In this document: one piece after another, positions 60,191 to 64,000 of the stretch | Numbering within the stretch: the first letter of the stretch is position 1 | How the letters are laid out: each line of letters begins with the position of its first letter | Notes under the pieces: model-generated | What the model was told of the DNA's origin: nothing | What the model saw: the letters and a program-made list of their open reading frames with translations, nothing else | Database searches by the model: none | Position numbers and translations under genes: made by a program | Source: a bacterium | Lineage (GTDB): Bacteria > UBA8248 | Direction of reading: 5' to 3' | Assembly: GCA_965204535.1 (NCBI GenBank) | Contig: OZ241996.1 | Coordinates: 32,001-96,000 of the forward strand | DNA: 64,000 nucleotides

Positions 60191-61006
60191 ATGGCGAAAC
60201 CCGAGAGCCTGCCCCCCATTGCCCTCACGATAGCGGGCTCGGATTCGGGCGGCGGAGCCGGGATTCAGGCCGACCTCAAGACTTTCAGCGCTTTCGGCGT
60301 CTACGGCGCCTCGGTCATTACCGCGCTGACGGCGCAGAACACCGTGGGCGTACAGGGGGTGCACGGCGCGCCGCCCGATTTCATCGCAGCGCAATTCGAC
60401 TCGGTGTGTACGGATTTGGACGTGGCGAGCGCGAAAATCGGTATGCTCGCCACGGTCGACGTCATCGAAGTCGTGGCTGCGAAGCTCAAAGAGCACGCGC
60501 TCGCGCGCGTCGTGCTCGACCCGGTGATGGTCGCCAAAAGCGGAGACCGCCTGCTCGCGCCCGACGCGAGAGAGGCGCTCGTCGAAAAACTTTTTCCGCT
60601 GGCCGAGGTCGTCACCCCCAATACGGAAGAGGCGCGCGATATCCTGGAGACCAGAGAAATCGAAAACCTCGCGCAGATGAGAGACGCCGCCCGGGCTCTT
60701 TATGACCGGGGGGCGAAATGCGTTTTGCTCAAAGGAGGCCACATCACCGACGGGGCGATAGACGTTTTTTTCGACGGCGAAAATGAGGTCGCGCTCGAGG
60801 GCAGGCGCATCGACACCCCCCATACCCACGGTACGGGGTGCACGCTTTCCTCGGCCATCGCGGCGGGGCTTGCGCTGGGGGAATCGACCACCTCGGCGGT
60901 GAGGCGGGCGAAAGATTTCATACAAGGCGCCATCGAGAACGCGCTCGCCATCGGAAACGGCAGGGGCCCGCTCAACCACATGTACCGCCAACGCGAGGAA
61001 AAATAG
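60191..61006 (+). CDS. thiD: Hydroxymethylpyrimidine/phosphomethylpyrimidine kinase
   Basis: TIAGSDSGGGAGIQADLK, TAQNT, DPVM, TPN, KGGH, THGTGCT. Confidence 0.95.
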   Translation: MAKPESLPPIALTIAGSDSGGGAGIQADLKTFSAFGVYGASVITALTAQNTVGVQGVHGAPPDFIAAQFDSVCTDLDVASAKIGMLATVDVIEVVAAKLKEHALARVVLDPVMVAKSGDRLLAPDAREALVEKLFPLAEVVTPNTEEARDILETREIENLAQMRDAARALYDRGAKCVLLKGGHITDGAIDVFFDGENEVALEGRRIDTPHTHGTGCTLSSAIAAGLALGESTTSAVRRAKDFIQGAIENALAIGNGRGPLNHMYRQREEK

Positions 61007-61096
61007 CCATGAGCCGCGTATTCTCGCGCAAACGGATTTTTCATATGACCGGCCACGATTTCACAAGCTGCGATTCTACAAACCGAAGGAGCCGTT

Positions 61097-61501
61097 ATGA
61101 GCGATAGTAAACCATTGCGCGTGCGGGAGAGCGAAGCCCTGAGCGGGGAATTGCCCGTGCCCGGGGGCAGGAGCATGTTCCGCATTCTGCTGGACGAGGA
61201 GACCGTGGGCGCCAGGCAGTTCGCCCTGCTCATCAACGAATTCGACCCGGGCCTTACCTCCACCGCTCACAAGCACGACAAGGAGGAGCACGCCTTCTAC
61301 ATCATCAGCGGAACGGGGGTGATCGACATCGAAGGGGAGAAGATTCCCGTCGAGGCGGGCGATGCGGTTTTCGTGCCTCCGGGCAAGATGCACCAAATCA
61401 CGAGCACGGGTGACGCGCTGTTCAAATATATGGTTTTATACTCGCCTCCGGGACCCAACGTCGCGCTCCGGGAAAAAGGCGGCTATGGACTCGCCGAATG
61501 A
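61097..61501 (+). CDS. Cupin domain protein
   Basis: HKH..EHAFYIISG and GDAVFVPPGKMH. Confidence 0.85.
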   Translation: MSDSKPLRVRESEALSGELPVPGGRSMFRILLDEETVGARQFALLINEFDPGLTSTAHKHDKEEHAFYIISGTGVIDIEGEKIPVEAGDAVFVPPGKMHQITSTGDALFKYMVLYSPPGPNVALREKGGYGLAE

Positions 61502-61578
61502 TTCGGGTCCGACGCGTGAAACCGTCTTCATGAAATCGGTATAATGGACTGACTTAAAATCCTTATCGGGAACAGAAA

Positions 61579-64000
61579 ATGACAACCGTGCTTTCGTTTC
61601 AGGTAGTGCCCAGCATTCCTCCGGAATTGAAGGGGCTCGAGGAAATCGCAGACAACATCGCCTTCGACTGGGACCATCGCGCGCGCGCGCTTTTCAGCAG
61701 GCTGGACGACGCCCTGTGGCAGGATTGCCACTACAACCCCGCGCAGATGCTGCGCTCCGTCTCTCAGGAGCGGCTCGATGCGGCGGCGCGCGACGCGCAT
61801 TTTCTCCGCGATATGGAGAGCGTGCTCAAAGAGCTTCACGCATATCTCCACAAACCGTCCTGGTACCAGAACCTGCCCGAGAGCGAAAAGAACGAGAACC
61901 AGCGCATCGCTTATTTCAGCATGGAGTTCGGGCTGACGGAATCCGTGCCCAACTACTCGGGCGGCCTGGGCGTCCTGGCAGGCGATCACATGAAATCCGC
62001 GAGCGACTTGGGGCTCCCTCTCATCGGCGTGGGCCTCGCCTACGGCCAGGGCTATTTTCGCCAGCATCTGGGGGCCGACGGCTGGCAGCAGGAGCGCTAC
62101 CCGGACAACGATTTTCATCACACACCCTTCCATCTCGAACACGATGAGAACGGAGAACCCGTCACGGTGGAAGTCGATTACCCCGACGGCCTCCTCACCG
62201 CCCAGGTCTGGCACGTCCAGGTGGGCCGAAACCCCATCTACCTCCTGGACGCCAATGTTCCCGGAAACGCGCCCTCGCTGCGCGAAATCACCCTGGCCCT
62301 CTACGGCGGGGACATGGAGACGCGGATTCGCCAGGAGATACTGCTCGGCATCGGCGGCGTGAGGCTGCTCCACGAGCTCAACCTCCCGCCGGTCGTCTGC
62401 CACATGAACGAGGGGCATTCCGCCTTCCTGGCGCTCGAGAGAATCCGTTATTCGATGGGGAAATTCGGCATCGACCCAGGCGCGGCCCGGGAGTTGACCT
62501 CAGCGGGAAACATTTTCACGACGCACACGCCCGTCCCGGCGGGCATCGACATCTTTCCGCCCGACATGATGGAGAAATACTTCCGCGACTATGCGGAATC
62601 CCTCTCCATGGAATGGGACGACTTTCTGGGTCTTGGCCGGGTGAACCCCGAACAGGGAGACGAGCCTTTCAACATGGCCGTCCTCGCGCTGCGCCTCTCC
62701 TCGGCGGCGAACGGCGTCAGCAAGCTGCACGGCGAGGTTTCGCGAAAGATGTGGCAGTCCATGTGGCCGGAAGTCCCCGAGCAGGACATTCCCATCGACT
62801 CCATCACGAACGGCGTCCACTTTCCCACCTGGGTATCGCCCGGGATGAAGGAGCTGTTCGACAGGCATCTGGGCGGCGCCTGGGTGGACGAGACGGACAA
62901 ACCGGAGATATGGGAGAGAGTCACTTCCATCCCGGAGAGTGAACTCTGGGGCGTCCGGGAGAACAGCCGAGAGCGGCTCATCGAATTTTGCCGCGCGCAC
63001 GCGCTGAAGCGGCCGCTGGGAAGCGTCACGCGCCCCAACGTCACCATCCTCCCCGACCCCGGGGCGCTGACGATCGGCTTTGCGAGACGCTTCGCCACCT
63101 ACAAGCGCGCCACTCTTTTGCTCAAGAGGCCCGAGCGCCTGGTCGCGCTCCTCACGAACGAGCAGAACCCCGTTCAAATCATATTCGCCGGCAAAGCCCA
63201 CCCGAGGGACATGGAGGGCAAGAGTTTCATTCGCGAGCTCCTCCATTTCGCCCGGAGGGAGAACGTGCGGGACAAGCTCGTATTCGTGGAGGATTACGAC
63301 ATCCACGTCGGGCGGCAACTCGTGCAGGGGGTGGATTTGTGGCTCAACAATCCCCGCCGGCCGCAGGAAGCGAGCGGCACCAGCGGCATGAAGGCCGCCG
63401 CCAACGGCGCCCTGAACCTGAGCATCATGGACGGCTGGTGGGCGGAAGGGTATGCGAGCCATCTGGGGTGGGCCATCGGCGGCCTCGAGACCTACAACGA
63501 CCCCGGCTACCAGGACGAGATGGAGTGCGAGAGCCTGTTCAACACCCTGGAGCAGGTCGTGGTTCCCCTTTTCTATGAACGGGGCGATGCGGGCATTCCA
63601 TACGGCTGGGTGGAGATGATGAAGAATTCACTGCAATCCCTCTGCCCCTACTTCAACACGAATCGAATGGTGCGCGAGTACGCCGAAAAATTCTACCTGC
63701 CCCTGGGAACGCACCATGCCCGCCTCATGGCGGAAGAAAGGGCGCCCGCCAAATCGCTCTCCGAATGGAAAGAGCGCGTGCGCCGCGCCTGGCCCGGGGT
63801 GGAGATCACCCGGATATCGATGGCGCAAAACGGCGTCGTTCCGCTCGGCGCCAGGATGCGGGTCGAGGCGGAGGTGGCGCTCGGGAATCTCTCCCCCGAA
63901 GAAGTCCGGCTCGAGATTTACGAAGGCCCCCTGAAAGAGGAAAGCCTGCTGGCCGGCGAGATCGTCTCTCCCATGCACTACGCGGAAGACCTCGGCGGCG
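61579..64000 (+). CDS. glgP: Alpha-glucan (glycogen) phosphorylase, runs off window
   Basis: Manual translation: AYFSMEFG, YSGGLGVLAGDH, HMNEGH, GFARRFATYKR, EASGTSGMK. Confidence 0.93.
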   Translation, partial: MTTVLSFQVVPSIPPELKGLEEIADNIAFDWDHRARALFSRLDDALWQDCHYNPAQMLRSVSQERLDAAARDAHFLRDMESVLKELHAYLHKPSWYQNLPESEKNENQRIAYFSMEFGLTESVPNYSGGLGVLAGDHMKSASDLGLPLIGVGLAYGQGYFRQHLGADGWQQERYPDNDFHHTPFHLEHDENGEPVTVEVDYPDGLLTAQVWHVQVGRNPIYLLDANVPGNAPSLREITLALYGGDMETRIRQEILLGIGGVRLLHELNLPPVVCHMNEGHSAFLALERIRYSMGKFGIDPGAARELTSAGNIFTTHTPVPAGIDIFPPDMMEKYFRDYAESLSMEWDDFLGLGRVNPEQGDEPFNMAVLALRLSSAANGVSKLHGEVSRKMWQSMWPEVPEQDIPIDSITNGVHFPTWVSPGMKELFDRHLGGAWVDETDKPEIWERVTSIPESELWGVRENSRERLIEFCRAHALKRPLGSVTRPNVTILPDPGALTIGFARRFATYKRATLLLKRPERLVALLTNEQNPVQIIFAGKAHPRDMEGKSFIRELLHFARRENVRDKLVFVEDYDIHVGRQLVQGVDLWLNNPRRPQEASGTSGMKAAANGALNLSIMDGWWAEGYASHLGWAIGGLETYNDPGYQDEMECESLFNTLEQVVVPLFYERGDAGIPYGWVEMMKNSLQSLCPYFNTNRMVREYAEKFYLPLGTHHARLMAEERAPAKSLSEWKERVRRAWPGVEITRISMAQNGVVPLGARMRVEAEVALGNLSPEEVRLEIYEGPLKEESLLAGEIVSPMHYAEDLGG

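Overview
Chromosomal window from a GC-rich bacterium (taxon not determinable from sequence alone). It is mostly transport and catabolic genes: MFS, TRAP/TAXI, ABC binding proteins, LLM/SDR/MDR oxidoreductases and PLP enzymes. It also has tRNA-Glu(CTC), two type II toxin-antitoxin loci, a MAD3/MAD4-like ATPase pair and many REP/MITE-like palindromic repeats. Highlights: (1) a cysK/sulfur-carrier/cysM/JAMM/Rrf2 operon with two complementary ThiF/MoeB paralogs, one keeping only the arginine-finger motif and the other only the ATP/Zn/Cys motifs, suggesting a heterodimeric bacterial E1; (2) an AhpD-like selenoprotein (CxxU plus SECIS-like hairpin) split by the ORF caller; (3) a complete 4.4-kb IS1595-family cargo transposon with IRs, a perfect 8-bp TSD and an MTase + DUF262-HNH module; (4) a 1.06-kb transposase-less IS1595-type cassette carrying a secreted protein, which has rewritten a host gene's C-terminus; (5) an uncharacterised AT-rich non-coding element present twice with exactly conserved internal spacing, each copy associated with an IS1595-type insertion; (6) a phoX nonsense pseudogene and a hicA lacking a canonical start codon. 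Family assignments come from motif recognition, not database searches.
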